NCBI GenBank assembly: GCA_963813275.1
Contig: CAWEYH010000010.1
Coordinates: 127,530-191,529, forward strand
Source: an uncultured Actinomycetota bacterium
GTDB taxonomy: Bacteria > Actinomycetota > Actinomycetes > Mycobacteriales > Mycobacteriaceae
Length of the DNA: 64,000 nucleotides
Direction of reading: 5' to 3'
The notes under the pieces were generated by a model. That model was given only the letters and a program-made list of their open reading frames with translations. It was not told the DNA's origin and searched no databases. The translations under genes were made by a program, and so were the position numbers. Positions 34,590 through 45,694 of this stretch are shown in pieces (the first letter of the stretch is position 1; each line of letters begins with the position of its first letter).

Positions 34590-34614
34590 TATTGAGGGAG
34601 TTGCACTGAGTCAA
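34577..34614. promoter_or_regulatory. inverted repeats at the start of the ArsR-ArsC fusion gene (putative autoregulatory operator)
   Basis: TTGACTCA...TGAGTCAA and an inner CTCAAT-N4-ATTGAG. Confidence 0.6.
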
Positions 34615-34651
34615 GTCCCCGCGGGAAGACAACGTGTTGTTGGCTTAGCGG

Positions 34652-34690
34652 GTTCATCTTCCGTTCATCTTTGTAAGGCTGTGAGTTCAC
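34652..34690 (+). promoter_or_regulatory. PHO-box-like (RegX3/PhoP-type) direct repeats upstream of pstS
   Basis: GTTCAT at 34652 and 34663, GTTCAC at 34685 (11 and 22 nt spacing). Confidence 0.7.
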
Positions 34691-34813
34691 TGACGGGTCC
34701 TAGGTTCTGGTCCGAGCAGCAACCGAATCTGCTCAACGGAACATTTCGTTCCGTGGCCCCCGGCCCGATGTGGTGGCAACCACGTTGTCCACCCCGACCT
34801 CTCAAGGAGCTAT

Positions 34814-35941
34814 GTGAAGCTCAACCGTTTGGGCGCTGCGCTGAGCCTGATGGCCACCGGCGCCCTGATGTTGACGGCGTGCGGTAGCGACAACAACACG
34901 TCATCCAGTGGATCCAGCCCCACGTCTGGCGCCTCGTCCGCCGCGAAGGTTGATTGCGGTGGTAAGAAATCGTTGAAGGCCAGCGGGTCGACCGCTCAGG
35001 CCAACGCGATGACCCGGTTCGTCAACGCCTACGAGGCGGCCTGCGATGGCTACACCCTGAACTACACCTCGAACGGCTCCGGTGCCGGCGTGAGTGAATT
35101 CACCGGTAAGCAGACCGATTTGGGTGGTTCTGACTCTCCCCTGAATAGAGACAAGGGCGAGTATGACAAGGCCAAAGAGCGGTGCGGTTCGGACGCGTGG
35201 AACCTGCCGGTAGTGTTCGGCCCCATCGCAGTTACCTACAACGTGCCGGGTGTGAGTTCGTTGGTGCTCGATGGGCCGACGACGGCCAAAATCTTCAACG
35301 GCGCGATCACTACATGGAACGATCCGGCCATTGCGGCGCTCAACAGCGGTGCTTCGCTGCCCGGCGATCCAATCCACGTGGTGTTCCGCAGTGATGAGTC
35401 CGGCACAACCGACAACTTCCAGAAGTACCTGGATGCCGCCTCCGACGGCGCGTGGGGCAAGGGCGCGGGCAAGGCCTTCGCCGGCGGTATCGGTGAGGGC
35501 GCCAAAGGCAATGAGGGCACTTCGGCGGCGATCAAGAACACCCCGGGGTCTATTACCTACAACGAATGGTCTTTTGCAAAGGCGCAGAACTTGTCGATCG
35601 CCAAGATCGTCACCTCGGCGGGCCCGGACCCGGTGGACATCACCACCGAGACCGTCGGCAAGACCATCGCGGGAGCCAAGGTCAAGGGCGAAGGCAATGA
35701 CCTGGTGCTGGATACGGCCACTTTCTATAAGCCTGCCGAAGCCGGCTCGTATCCGATCGTGCTGGCCACCTACGAGATCGTCTGCTCGAAGTACCCCGAC
35801 GCCGACACCGGCAAGGCGGTCAAGGCGTTCCTGCAGTCCACCATCGGAGCGGGCCAGGACGGCCTCGCCGACAACGGCTACATCCCGCTGCCGGCTGATT
35901 TCCAGTCGAAGCTGTCGACTGCTGTCAACGCGATCGCTTGA
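34814..35941 (+). CDS. pstS: phosphate ABC transporter substrate-binding lipoprotein
   Basis: Lipobox [22 protein letters not shown]. Confidence 0.96.
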   Translation: MKLNRLGAALSLMATGALMLTACGSDNNTSSSGSSPTSGASSAAKVDCGGKKSLKASGSTAQANAMTRFVNAYEAACDGYTLNYTSNGSGAGVSEFTGKQTDLGGSDSPLNRDKGEYDKAKERCGSDAWNLPVVFGPIAVTYNVPGVSSLVLDGPTTAKIFNGAITTWNDPAIAALNSGASLPGDPIHVVFRSDESGTTDNFQKYLDAASDGAWGKGAGKAFAGGIGEGAKGNEGTSAAIKNTPGSITYNEWSFAKAQNLSIAKIVTSAGPDPVDITTETVGKTIAGAKVKGEGNDLVLDTATFYKPAEAGSYPIVLATYEIVCSKYPDADTGKAVKAFLQSTIGAGQDGLADNGYIPLPADFQSKLSTAVNAIA

Positions 35942-35953
35942 TCCGAGGCATCG

Positions 35954-37009
35954 ATGGCCTTACAGCCCGACATCTCGGGATCCTCACGGGCGCCGTCCCT
36001 AGCGGCGGCGCCCGTCGAGGGAGAGACTTCTCGTATGCCTGATCAGCCAGAGCCCACCAAGCCGCCGGGCGCGATCCGAGCCGGCACAGGCCGCGTTGGG
36101 GATCGCGTGTTCAAGGGCATGGCAGTTGCGGCAGGCTCGACGATTGTCATTGCGATCGCGCTGATCGCGATCTTCCTGCTCGTCCGCGCGATTCCATCGC
36201 TGGGCGCCAACCACGCCAACTTCTTCACCAGCGCGGAGTTCAACACCTCCGACGCGGACAACCTGCGGTTCGGCATCCGTGATCTGTTCATGGTCACCAT
36301 TCTCAGCTCCGTGTTCGCCTTGCTGCTGGCCGTCCCCATCGCGATCGGCATCGCGCTGTTTCTTACGCACTATTCGCCGGCGCGATTGTCGCGACCCTTC
36401 AGCGTGTTGATCGATCTCCTCGCCGCGGTGCCCTCGATCATCTTCGGTTTGTGGGGCATCTTCGTGCTGGCCCCGTGGCTGGAGCCGGCGGCGAAATTCC
36501 TCAACGACAATCTGGGTTGGTTCTTCCTGTTCAAACAGGGCAACGTTTCGCTGGCCGGCGGCGGCACCATCTTCACCGCAGGCGTGGTGCTGGCGGTGAT
36601 GATTCTGCCGATCATCACCTCGGTGAGCCGAGAGGTATTCCGACAGACACCGAGCACCCACATTGAAGCCGCCCAAGCCTTGGGAGCCACCAAGTGGGAG
36701 GTCATGCGGATGACTGTTCTGCCCTATGGGCGCAGCGGTGTCATCGCGGCATCCATGCTCGGGCTGGGTCGCGCATTGGGTGAAACAGTTGCCGTGCTGA
36801 TAATCCTGCGTTCTGCCGCGCAGGCGGGGCACTGGTCATTATTCGATGGCGGCTACACCTTCGCCTCGAAGATCGCCTCTGCAGCAGCGGAATTCAGCGC
36901 ACCGCTACCGACCGGGGCATTCATCGCCGCCGGCTTCGTCTTGTTCGCGCTGACCTTCGTGGTCAACGCTGCGGCCCGCGGCATCGCCGGAGGGAGGGTT
37001 AACGGATGA
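35954..37009 (+). CDS. pstC: phosphate ABC transporter permease PstC
   Basis: [33 protein letters not shown]. Confidence 0.95.
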   Translation: MALQPDISGSSRAPSLAAAPVEGETSRMPDQPEPTKPPGAIRAGTGRVGDRVFKGMAVAAGSTIVIAIALIAIFLLVRAIPSLGANHANFFTSAEFNTSDADNLRFGIRDLFMVTILSSVFALLLAVPIAIGIALFLTHYSPARLSRPFSVLIDLLAAVPSIIFGLWGIFVLAPWLEPAAKFLNDNLGWFFLFKQGNVSLAGGGTIFTAGVVLAVMILPIITSVSREVFRQTPSTHIEAAQALGATKWEVMRMTVLPYGRSGVIAASMLGLGRALGETVAVLIILRSAAQAGHWSLFDGGYTFASKIASAAAEFSAPLPTGAFIAAGFVLFALTFVVNAAARGIAGGRVNG

Positions 37010-37902
37010 CCACATTGGACCGCCCGGTCAAAGGACCGACCTTTCATCCAGTCAGCATCCGTCGGCGCATCACGAACAACGTTGCGTCGTCGTTGTTTGT
37101 CGCTGCTTTTGCTATCGCGCTGGTGCCACTGTTCTGGGTGTTGTTCATAGTCCTCGAAAAGGGCTGGCACGCCGTCATCAAGTCGGGATGGTGGACCCGG
37201 TCCCTGCAGGGTGTACTTCCCGAATCCTTTGCCGGCGGTATCTACCACGCCCTGTACGGCACGCTGGTGCAGGCTGGCATCGCCGCCTTCCTGGCCATCC
37301 CGCTGGGGATCATGGCCGGCATCTACCTCGTCGAGTATGGTCGCGGACCACTGGCGAGGGTTACCACGTTCATGGTCGACGTGCTGGCGGGCGTGCCGTC
37401 GATCGTGGCCGCATTGTTCGTATTCGCACTGTGGATAGCAACGCTGGGATTTTCGCAGAGCGCATTCGCGGTATCACTGGCCTTGGTGCTGCTGATGTTG
37501 CCGGTGGTCGTGCGCTCAACCGAAGAGATGCTCAAACTCGTTCCTGATGAGCTCCGGGAAGCCAGCTATGCGCTGGGCATCCCGAAATGGAAAACCATTG
37601 CGCGCGTTGTTGTGCCAACAGCCCTTCCAGGAATCATCAGCGGCATCTTGCTCGCAATTGCACGCGTGATCGGCGAGACCGCCCCCGTGCTGGTTCTGGT
37701 CGGCTACGCGCGGTCAATCAACTTCAATGTGTTCGACGGCAACATGGCTTCCCTGCCGCTGTTGATCTACACCGAACTGATCAATCCGCAGCCGGCAGGC
37801 CAGATGCGGGTCTGGGGCGCGGCGCTCACACTGATCATTGTGGTGGGCATCTTGATGGTGCTGGCCTCCGTGGCGACTCGTCTTCTTACTCGCAAACGCT
37901 GA
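37006..37902 (+). CDS. pstA: phosphate ABC transporter permease PstA
   Basis: [25 protein letters not shown]. Confidence 0.95.
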   Translation: MTTLDRPVKGPTFHPVSIRRRITNNVASSLFVAAFAIALVPLFWVLFIVLEKGWHAVIKSGWWTRSLQGVLPESFAGGIYHALYGTLVQAGIAAFLAIPLGIMAGIYLVEYGRGPLARVTTFMVDVLAGVPSIVAALFVFALWIATLGFSQSAFAVSLALVLLMLPVVVRSTEEMLKLVPDELREASYALGIPKWKTIARVVVPTALPGIISGILLAIARVIGETAPVLVLVGYARSINFNVFDGNMASLPLLIYTELINPQPAGQMRVWGAALTLIIVVGILMVLASVATRLLTRKR

Positions 37903-37919
37903 ATCGACAGGATTCTCAG

Positions 37920-38696
37920 ATGGCTAAACGACTCGATCTCAAGGACGTCAATATCTACTACGGCTCGTTTCACGCGGTCGCCGACGTCGAGCTGTCCGTA
38001 CAACCTCGCAGCGTTACCGCCTTCATCGGGCCCTCAGGGTGCGGCAAGTCGACGGTGCTGCGCTCACTGAACCGCATGCACGAGGTGACCCCGGGTGCTC
38101 GTGTCGAGGGGTCGGTGCTACTCGACGGTGAGGACATCTACGGCGCGGGTATCGACCCGGTGGGTGTCCGAAAGACGATCGGCATGGTGTTCCAGCGGCC
38201 GAATCCGTTCCCCACGATGTCGATTCGCGACAACGTGGTGGCGGGCCTCAAGCTGCAGGGCGTGCGTAGCAAAAAGATGCTCGACGAGGTCGCCGAGCGC
38301 TCGTTGCGGGGCTCGAACCTCTGGAACGAGGTCAAGGACCGGCTGGACAAGCCCGGCGGTGGCCTGTCGGGTGGGCAACAGCAGCGGCTGTGCATCGCCC
38401 GCGCGATCGCCGTGCAGCCCGACGTGTTGTTGATGGACGAGCCGTGCTCTGCGCTCGACCCGATCTCGACACTGGCGATCGAGGATCTGATCGCCGAGCT
38501 GAAGGCGGACTACACGATAGTGATCGTCACGCACAACATGCAGCAGGCCGCCCGGGTGAGCGATCAGACGGCATTCTTCAATTTGGAGGCCACCGGCAAG
38601 CCTGGTCGGCTGGTTGAGATCGACGACACCGAGAAGATGTTCTCCAACCCGGGACAGAAGGCGACGGAGGACTACATCTCCGGCCGGTTCGGCTGA
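37920..38696 (+). CDS. pstB: phosphate ABC transporter ATPase PstB, copy 1
   Basis: [40 protein letters not shown]. Confidence 0.97.
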   Translation: MAKRLDLKDVNIYYGSFHAVADVELSVQPRSVTAFIGPSGCGKSTVLRSLNRMHEVTPGARVEGSVLLDGEDIYGAGIDPVGVRKTIGMVFQRPNPFPTMSIRDNVVAGLKLQGVRSKKMLDEVAERSLRGSNLWNEVKDRLDKPGGGLSGGQQQRLCIARAIAVQPDVLLMDEPCSALDPISTLAIEDLIAELKADYTIVIVTHNMQQAARVSDQTAFFNLEATGKPGRLVEIDDTEKMFSNPGQKATEDYISGRFG

Positions 38697-38761
38697 CGCA
38701 TGGCGTCGCCGTCACGCGGAGGGGACGAGAGCGGCGTGACCGGAAGGGCGGGCGACACGAT

Positions 38762-39508
38762 TTGACCATCGAGGTGCGGCGCGCGGACGCGATGTCGGGT
38801 GGAGGTGAGTATGGCGCGGCAACTGCGCCGACGCGAGGCAGCCTGCTGCTTGTAGATAGCGATCCCGCCATCGCCAATCGGTTGATGGACAACGCGGCAC
38901 ATATCGGAATCGACGCAGTTTGGTGCAGCGAAGGCGCGGAAGCGCTTCTTGCAGTCGGAGCCGATCCTCCTGATGTTTTGGTCCTTGCGGCCCAAACCCT
39001 CACTGTCGATTCGGCCACCATCACTGCGGCGGTTCGCGGCCGCTGGGCCATCCCCATCCTCATCGGCTCGGCCCCTGCGACCGACGAATTGACTCGTGAC
39101 GCTTTAGCGGCCGGCGCCTCGGCGGTCATCGCACGTCCCTACAACATCGATGCGATCGCGCCGTTTGCTCTCATTGGTGACCCTCAATCAACCTCTGCCC
39201 CAATCACTTACACTGTTGGCCCTATACACGTTGATCCGCGTGGCTACGAAACACGCGTCCGCGGGCGAGATGTGCAGCTGACGCAACGTGAACTCGACCT
39301 TCTCGTTTATCTCATCCGGCAGCGGGGCAGGGTGGCGAGCAGCGAGGAAATCAGCCGCGCTGTCTGGGGCGGCCCGTCCGACACCAACACCGTGGCGGTT
39401 CATGTCAAGCGGCTGCGAGAGAAGCTCGGTCATGATCCCGAGCACGGCGAGTTCATTCGCACGATCCGCGGAGCCGGCTACCGGCTGGCCCCGTCGATCT
39501 ATGCCTGA
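38762..39508 (+). CDS. orphan OmpR-family response regulator with degenerate receiver domain
   Basis: Winged-helix LTQRELDLL, VAVHVKRLREKL, RTIRGAGY; receiver reads DVLVLA and IARPY. Confidence 0.85.
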   Translation: MTIEVRRADAMSGGGEYGAATAPTRGSLLLVDSDPAIANRLMDNAAHIGIDAVWCSEGAEALLAVGADPPDVLVLAAQTLTVDSATITAAVRGRWAIPILIGSAPATDELTRDALAAGASAVIARPYNIDAIAPFALIGDPQSTSAPITYTVGPIHVDPRGYETRVRGRDVQLTQRELDLLVYLIRQRGRVASSEEISRAVWGGPSDTNTVAVHVKRLREKLGHDPEHGEFIRTIRGAGYRLAPSIYA

Positions 39509-40749
39509 CCTGAGAGGGATTCGAGCGCCGGTATGCCGACGGGCTCATTTGCCACCGGTGTCACCGCGACGCGATCGGCGAGTTCGTTGCGCACCTTGTA
39601 AATCTGGTTGAGTTCCAGGGTCGCACGATGGCGTAACAACGGCGTAGTGGGGGCTGCGGCAGCCACGGAGGTGTTGATGATCCATGCCCAGGGGTGGATG
39701 CCGGCACGCTCGAGGTCTGCTTGCAGCTCGGCCGCCTCGAGTACGGGCGTCGTCTCGGCAAATGTAATCATAAGGATCTTTGTCGCGTCCTTGTCCTGCA
39801 AACTCATCAACGGCGTGACATAGTGCACCCCTCGCACCGTGTGGCGAAGGATCTCGGGGTGATACGCCCCAGTGGTGTCGAGCAGCAGTAGCGTGTGACC
39901 AGTCGGTGCGGTGTCCAGGACCACGAACTGGCGTCGCGACTTCTGGATCACATGCGAGAACTCCTGAATGACCGCAACCTCGTCGTTACACGGTGAACGT
40001 AGATCCTCGGCCAAGCTCTCGCGGGCCTCGTCACCTAGTCGAGCACCTTTGGTGGCCATCACTTTTTCGCGATAGGCGCGGCTCGCCGCTATTGGGTCGA
40101 TTCGCGAGACGCGTAGGTTCCGCACACTGCCGCAAAGAGTTTCGGTGAGGTGAGCGGCCGGATCGGTTGTCGACAGATGTACGGTGTGGCCGCGCTCGGC
40201 CAAAGCCACCGCCACGGCGGCTGCAACCGTCGTCTTCCCGACCCCCCCTTTGCCCATACACATCACGATGCACGGACCGTCCCGCTCGATGTCGTCGATG
40301 AGTGCGCTCAACGGGTGATCCGACAGACCTCGGAGATCCGGCGCCTCTGCCTCGGGAGATGGTGTGGTCGGCTCGAACAGCGTTTCCAACGCCTCGACAC
40401 CCACCATGTTGGTCGGCTTCAACTCTATGAGATCGTGCGGTAGCGAACGCACTTCGGGCGGCATATTCGCCAACGCCTCTTGTTCGCGCCGACGAACCGC
40501 ATCCCCGAGTGCATCTGACTCTGCGGCAAACGCGGGCAGCACACCGTTGACCACGACGTACTGACGAGTGAAGCCGAGTGCTGCCAATTCGCGATGCGTA
40601 CGGTCGATCTCGGTGAGTGCCGAGCGAGTCGGCCTCGCAACGAGCAGCAGCCTCGTGCGGTCGGGGTCCGCCAGAGCGGCGACGGCTGCGGAGTACATCG
40701 CCTTCTGCTTGTCGAGTCCGGCGAGTGGCCCGAGACAGGACGTGGGCAC
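39499..40749 (-). pseudogene. arsA: 5'-truncated arsenical pump ATPase ArsA
   Basis: Begins at SCLGPLAGL; only one P-loop (GKGGVGKTT) and one DTAPTGH are present; first NBD start missing. Confidence 0.85.
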
Positions 40750-40873
40750 CTGCTACATCTGACTCCCCATCATCACACCTTGATCGGAGCAATCTGGCCC
40801 GACTAGTAGTACCGTCGCGGTGTCGCACTCGTGCGGGAAGGTGCATGAGACTGAGGAGGCGTGGGAGCAGCGC

Positions 40874-41650
40874 GTGGCCAAGCGTGTGGAACTCAAGGAC
40901 GTCAACGCCTATTACGGCGCCTTCTGCGCGGTCGCCGATGTGTCGCTCTCTGTGTTGCCGCGCAACGTAATGGCATTCATCGGGCCTTCCGGCTGCGGCA
41001 AGTCGACGTTGCTGCGGGCGTTGAACCGGATGCACGAGGTCATTCCCGGTGCGCGCGTGGAGGGTTCGGTGCTGCTGGACGGCGAGGACGTCTACGGCGC
41101 CGGGGTCGACCCCGTCGGCGTGCGGAAGACCATCGGCATGGTGTTCCAGCGGCCAAACCCCTTCCCCACCATGTCTATTCGCGACAACGTTGTGGCTGGC
41201 CTGAAGCTGCAGGGAATGCGCAACAAGAAGACCCTCGACGAGGTGGCGGAGAAATCCCTCAAGGGTGCGAACCTGTGGACCGAGGTCAAGGACCGGCTCG
41301 ACAAGCCCGGCGGCGGGCTGTCGGGCGGCCAGCAACAGCGGCTGTGCATTGCGCGTGCGATCGCGGTGCAGCCCGATGTGTTGCTGATGGACGAGCCGTG
41401 CTCGGCGCTGGACCCGATCTCGACGCTGGCGATCGAGGATTTGATCGCCGAGCTCAAGCAGGACTTCACGATCGTGATCGTCACGCACAACATGCAGCAA
41501 GCCGCCCGGGTGAGCGACCAGACAGCGTTCTTCAACCTCGAAGCGACCGGCAAGCCGGGCAGGCTGATCGAGATCGACGACACCGAGAAGATCTTCTCCA
41601 ACCCCACCGAGAAGGCGACGGAGGACTACATCTCCGGTCGCTTCGGCTGA
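40874..41650 (+). CDS. pstB: phosphate ABC transporter ATPase PstB, copy 2
   Basis: Same motifs as copy 1, no adjacent permeases. Confidence 0.95.
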   Translation: MAKRVELKDVNAYYGAFCAVADVSLSVLPRNVMAFIGPSGCGKSTLLRALNRMHEVIPGARVEGSVLLDGEDVYGAGVDPVGVRKTIGMVFQRPNPFPTMSIRDNVVAGLKLQGMRNKKTLDEVAEKSLKGANLWTEVKDRLDKPGGGLSGGQQQRLCIARAIAVQPDVLLMDEPCSALDPISTLAIEDLIAELKQDFTIVIVTHNMQQAARVSDQTAFFNLEATGKPGRLIEIDDTEKIFSNPTEKATEDYISGRFG

Positions 41651-41699
41651 GGGATTCAGCACCGGGAATAGCTTCACCGCTCTACGGGTCGTATGTCTC

Positions 41700-42626
41700 A
41701 TGAGCAAGGCAGTCCAATTCGATCAGTACGGTGACATCGACGTCCTCGAAGTGCGAGACGTCGATCGGCCTCAGCCTGGTGCCGGGGAGGTGCTCGTCGA
41801 GGTCAAGGCCGCAGGAATCAATCCGGGCGAGGCGGCGATTCGTAAGGGCCTGATGCATGAGATGTGGCCCGCGTCGTTCCCGTCCGGACAAGGCAGTGAC
41901 TTCGCGGGCGTGGTTGCCGAAACCGGTTCCGGCGTCGCCGCGTTCGCGGTCGCCGACGAGGTGATCGGCTTCACCGAGAAGCGGGGGAGCCAGGCCGACT
42001 TCGTGGTCGTGCCCGCTGAAAATCTGACCGCCAAACCCGCCGGGGTGTCCTGGGACGTTGCAGGCGCGCTATACGTCGCGGGCACCAGCGCCTATGCCGC
42101 GGTTCGTGCTGTTGAACTGTCGAAGGGCGACGTGCTGGCCGTCGCCGGTGCGGCAGGCGGAGTCGGCGCCATCGCGGTGCAACTCGCGACCGATGCCGGC
42201 GCGACTGTGCTGGGCATCGCGAGCCCGTCGAACGACGACTGGCTGCGTGCGCACGATGTGATACCGGTGAACTACGGGGATGACCTCGCCGCGCGGCTGC
42301 GCGCTGCATCTCCCTCCGGCCGGGTCGACGCGTTTCTCGACCTATTCGGTGGAGGGTATGTCGAGTTGGCCGTTGACGAATTGGGCGTCGCGCCCGCGCG
42401 AGTGAACACCATCATCGACTTCGCGGCCGCCGGGCAGTTCGAGGTGCAGACCGCGGGCAACGCCGACGCCAACAACGCCGGGGTGCTCGCAGAGCTCGCC
42501 GCGCTTGTCGCCGACGGCCGGCTCGAGGTGCCGATCGCCGAGGTGTACGCCCTTGACGACGTGCGAACGGCCTATCGCACGCTGGAACAACGGCACACCC
42601 GAGGAAAGATCGTGCTGCGCCCCTGA
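41700..42626 (+). CDS. NADP-dependent oxidoreductase (quinone oxidoreductase/MDR family)
   Basis: VKAAGINP, GSDFAGVV, GAAGGVG, RGKIVL. Confidence 0.88.
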   Translation: MSKAVQFDQYGDIDVLEVRDVDRPQPGAGEVLVEVKAAGINPGEAAIRKGLMHEMWPASFPSGQGSDFAGVVAETGSGVAAFAVADEVIGFTEKRGSQADFVVVPAENLTAKPAGVSWDVAGALYVAGTSAYAAVRAVELSKGDVLAVAGAAGGVGAIAVQLATDAGATVLGIASPSNDDWLRAHDVIPVNYGDDLAARLRAASPSGRVDAFLDLFGGGYVELAVDELGVAPARVNTIIDFAAAGQFEVQTAGNADANNAGVLAELAALVADGRLEVPIAEVYALDDVRTAYRTLEQRHTRGKIVLRP

Positions 42627-42641
42627 CGAGGCGCCACCCGG

Positions 42642-43307
42642 TCAGCGCGCCGCGAGCTGCTCTTCGTCCGGGAACTTGCCGGTGGCCTGGAAGATGACTC
42701 GGCGAGCCACCTCGACGGCGTGGTCGGCGAACCGTTCGTAGAACCGGCTCAGCAGAGTCACGTCGACGGCCGCGGTCACGCCGTGCTTCCATTCCTTGTC
42801 CATCAGCACGGTGAAGAGGTGACGGTGGAGGTCGTCCATCGCATCGTCTTCCTCGTTGATGCGGGCGGCCTTTTCCGGGTCGCGCGTCAGCAGTACCTCT
42901 TGGGCGCTGTTGCCCAGGTCGACTGCGACGCGGCCCATTTCGGCGAAGTAGCCGTTGACCTCTTCGGGCAGCGCGTGCTGCGGATGGCGGCGGCGGGCGA
43001 TCTTGGCGACATGCAGCGCGAGGGCTCCCATGCGGTCGACGTCGGCGACGATCTGGATCGAGCTGACGATCGCACGCAGGTCGCCTGCCACCGGCGCCTG
43101 CAGCGCGAGGAGCACGAATGCCTGCTCCTCGGCTTTGGCGCTCATCGCGGCGATCTGCTCGTGGTCGGTGATCACCTGCTCGGCAAGCACCAGGTCGGCC
43201 TGCAGCAGCGCCTGGGTCGCCCGCTCCATCGCAACGCCTGCCAGCCCGCACATTTCGCCCAGCTGGTTGGTAAGGGCGTCTAGTTGCTCGTGGTACGCGG
43301 TTCGCAT
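42642..43307 (-). CDS. phoU: phosphate signalling protein PhoU
   Basis: [36 protein letters not shown]. Confidence 0.96.
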   Translation of the reverse strand: MRTAYHEQLDALTNQLGEMCGLAGVAMERATQALLQADLVLAEQVITDHEQIAAMSAKAEEQAFVLLALQAPVAGDLRAIVSSIQIVADVDRMGALALHVAKIARRRHPQHALPEEVNGYFAEMGRVAVDLGNSAQEVLLTRDPEKAARINEEDDAMDDLHRHLFTVLMDKEWKHGVTAAVDVTLLSRFYERFADHAVEVARRVIFQATGKFPDEEQLAAR

Positions 43308-43331
43308 ATGCCCAGCCTAAGGGCTGATCCG

Positions 43332-43370
43332 GTGAATCGTCACGATGTGCGTGGTGAACGAAAGGTGAAT
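43332..43370 (-). promoter_or_regulatory. PHO-box-like repeats upstream of phoU
   Basis: GTGAAY at 43332, 43354 and 43365 on the + strand (RTTCAC on minus), 22 and 11 nt spacing, mirroring the pstS box. Confidence 0.7.
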
Positions 43371-43411
43371 GCCGCTCGCCTGGACGTTCCCAGCACGGCT
43401 AATGCCGTCGG

Positions 43412-45517
43412 CTACCCGCAGGTGGTATCGGCGGCATTGGTGACCGACAGATCCGCGGGCAGTTGTGTCGGGGTGCTCGAGTCGCCGTGTAGGACGTGTA
43501 CCTGCACCGATGACCCGCTGGGTTTCGGTGGGCTGACCGAATTGAAGTCCGAGCCGAGCACGACCTGCACGGTTTTGCCCTTCCCGCTGACGCGCTCGAT
43601 GGTCGGGTCGGCGAACGCCGACGCCACCGTGGCCGCGGCCTCCTCGTTACCCGGCGAGAAGAAGACGGTGGTTTCGGCCAGCGTGCCCGGATAGTCGTCG
43701 GGGGTTTCGACATTGAACCCGTGCTGCTGCAGCGCGGTGGCGGCGGCGGAGCCGAGGCCGTCCTCGCCCGTCGAATTCGACACCTGCACGGTCACCGACG
43801 TCGGATCGGTGGTGACGGCGTCGACGACCTCGCCCGCATCGGGTGTCGCCTCAGGCGTTGGCGTTTCGGGCGCAGGCGTCTCGACCGTCGGCGACTTTCC
43901 GGTGTCGCTCTTCATCGCCTCGGGCGCGCCGGGGACAGGGGTGTTGTCGGCGTTCTTCTCTTCGGGCAGCGGGTCGTCGTTGATGATGGCGTCGAAGATG
44001 GCGCGGGTATCGTCCTCGCGCAGGTGCTCGTTGCCCCACTCGTCCATGTATCCGGTCGTGGGCACGGTGATGAAGGTGATGCGCCCGGCGGCGATGTTCT
44101 GTACCGACTGGCCGAGCTGCACGAGGTCTTTGGTGTTGATGTTGTCGACGAAGCTGTCGTCGATGAACTGGTTGACGACGTCGTTGAGCTTGTTGAGAGA
44201 GAAGAAGACCTCTTTGGAGATCATCGAGCGCAACAGCGACGACAGGAACATCTGCTGGCGCTTGATGCGGCCGTAGTCACCGTTGGTTTCGGTGGTGACC
44301 TGGCGGGCGCGCACGTACTGCAGGGCGGTGTGTCCGTCGATCATCTGGCGGCCCGCGTTGGGCAGCACGGTGCCGAGTTCGTAGTCCTCCAGCGGAGTGG
44401 TGCTGCACACCTCCACGCCGCCGAGCGCGTCGACCATCTTGGAGAATCCGGAGAAGTCGACCGCCATGAACCGGTTGATGGAAAGGCCGGACAGCTTCTG
44501 GATGACCTTGACCAGACACTTGGGGCCGCCGAACGCGTAGGCGGAGTTCAGCTTCGTCTCGGTGTAGACCTCGTCGGGGCCGTAGGTTCCGGTCTGATCG
44601 TCATACAGCGGCCCGTATTCGCGGGTCTCGGGATTCCATGACTCGCACTTCATCGGCTCGATGTTCAGGTCGCGCGGAAACGACACTGCGACAACGCGTT
44701 CGCGGTTGGCGGGGATGTTGACGAGCATGATGGTGTCGGAGCGCGTCCCGCCGGCGTCCTCGGTGTTGCCTGCGCCCATGTCGGCGTTCTGGCCGTAACG
44801 GCTGTCCACGCCGACGATGAGGAAGTTCTCGTCGCCGTACTGCGCATTGGGGTCGAGGATGTCGCGTGAATTCGGATCCAGCGCCGAGATCCGGTTGAGC
44901 ATGTTGTTCTTCGCAGACTGCCACTGCCACGCACCACCGGTCATCGCCAGCGCCAGCACCGCGAACAGCGCGGCCAGCGAGCGCCCGGCCAAAATGACAC
45001 GGCGTCGTGTCTTGGGTTTCTTCGGCGGGGTGAGAAGTGCGGCAGGCTCGCCGATCCGCTCCGGTGCGATGCGCTCGGCGCGTGCGCGCCGCAGAGCCGC
45101 CAGGTCGGGAAGTTCGTCGGCGTAGGACACCGCGGGGATGACTTCGGTGTCCGGATCGGACAGGTCTTCCGACCGCGGCGGTGGCGGGGGCCGAAGTGGC
45201 CGCGGCTTCCTCGGCGGCGGTCTCCTCGGCGGTGGTGGGGGCGCTACGGGTTCCGGCTCGGGGTCGGGGTGGTGGCGGCCCGATAGGTCCGCCGGTGCAG
45301 AGCCGGTGATCTTTGCGATGAGGTCGGCTACGGCGATGCCGTCGGTGTGATTACCGGTCGGCGGAGACGATTCACTTGCGTCCGGTTCGGGGGCGGACTG
45401 CCGCTCCCACGGCGCGGCGGCTCGGGACGGCCGCGGAGTTCGGGTGAGCCACTGGGGCGCCCCGTTCGAGTCGGACGCATGCGGGCGGCCAGGAGTGGCG
45501 TTATCGCCGTCACTCAT
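43412..45517 (-). CDS. LytR-CpsA-Psr (LCP) family protein (Rv0822c-like)
   Basis: NFLIVGVDSR, RSDTIML, VSFPRD, YVRAR, DYGRIKRQQ, LytR_C domain. Confidence 0.93.
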   Translation of the reverse strand: MSDGDNATPGRPHASDSNGAPQWLTRTPRPSRAAAPWERQSAPEPDASESSPPTGNHTDGIAVADLIAKITGSAPADLSGRHHPDPEPEPVAPPPPPRRPPPRKPRPLRPPPPPRSEDLSDPDTEVIPAVSYADELPDLAALRRARAERIAPERIGEPAALLTPPKKPKTRRRVILAGRSLAALFAVLALAMTGGAWQWQSAKNNMLNRISALDPNSRDILDPNAQYGDENFLIVGVDSRYGQNADMGAGNTEDAGGTRSDTIMLVNIPANRERVVAVSFPRDLNIEPMKCESWNPETREYGPLYDDQTGTYGPDEVYTETKLNSAYAFGGPKCLVKVIQKLSGLSINRFMAVDFSGFSKMVDALGGVEVCSTTPLEDYELGTVLPNAGRQMIDGHTALQYVRARQVTTETNGDYGRIKRQQMFLSSLLRSMISKEVFFSLNKLNDVVNQFIDDSFVDNINTKDLVQLGQSVQNIAAGRITFITVPTTGYMDEWGNEHLREDDTRAIFDAIINDDPLPEEKNADNTPVPGAPEAMKSDTGKSPTVETPAPETPTPEATPDAGEVVDAVTTDPTSVTVQVSNSTGEDGLGSAAATALQQHGFNVETPDDYPGTLAETTVFFSPGNEEAAATVASAFADPTIERVSGKGKTVQVVLGSDFNSVSPPKPSGSSVQVHVLHGDSSTPTQLPADLSVTNAADTTCG

Positions 45518-45694
45518 GTCCCTACCGGCCTCCGAACCTGTGAGCAGCGTGCGCGCCGATGCGCATTGATGGCTGCACTGCCGCCACCCGTCTTATAGCG
45601 GCAGTATCCGTGGCCCCGTGACTGGAGCCAATAACGACAAGACACATATCGTACTGAGAGATTCTGAGAGACGTAATGCCGAGATGGTCTCGGT

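Noticed and set aside
40805-40814. AGTAGTACCG match to the island promoter motif upstream of pstB copy 2
   Set aside because: The downstream CAGTRG-N4-CTACTG palindrome and the hexamer at +70 are absent, so this is probably chance.
45170-45275. GGC/GGT-rich repeats
   Set aside because: They encode the Pro-rich N-terminal linker of the LCP protein and are not an independent repeat element.
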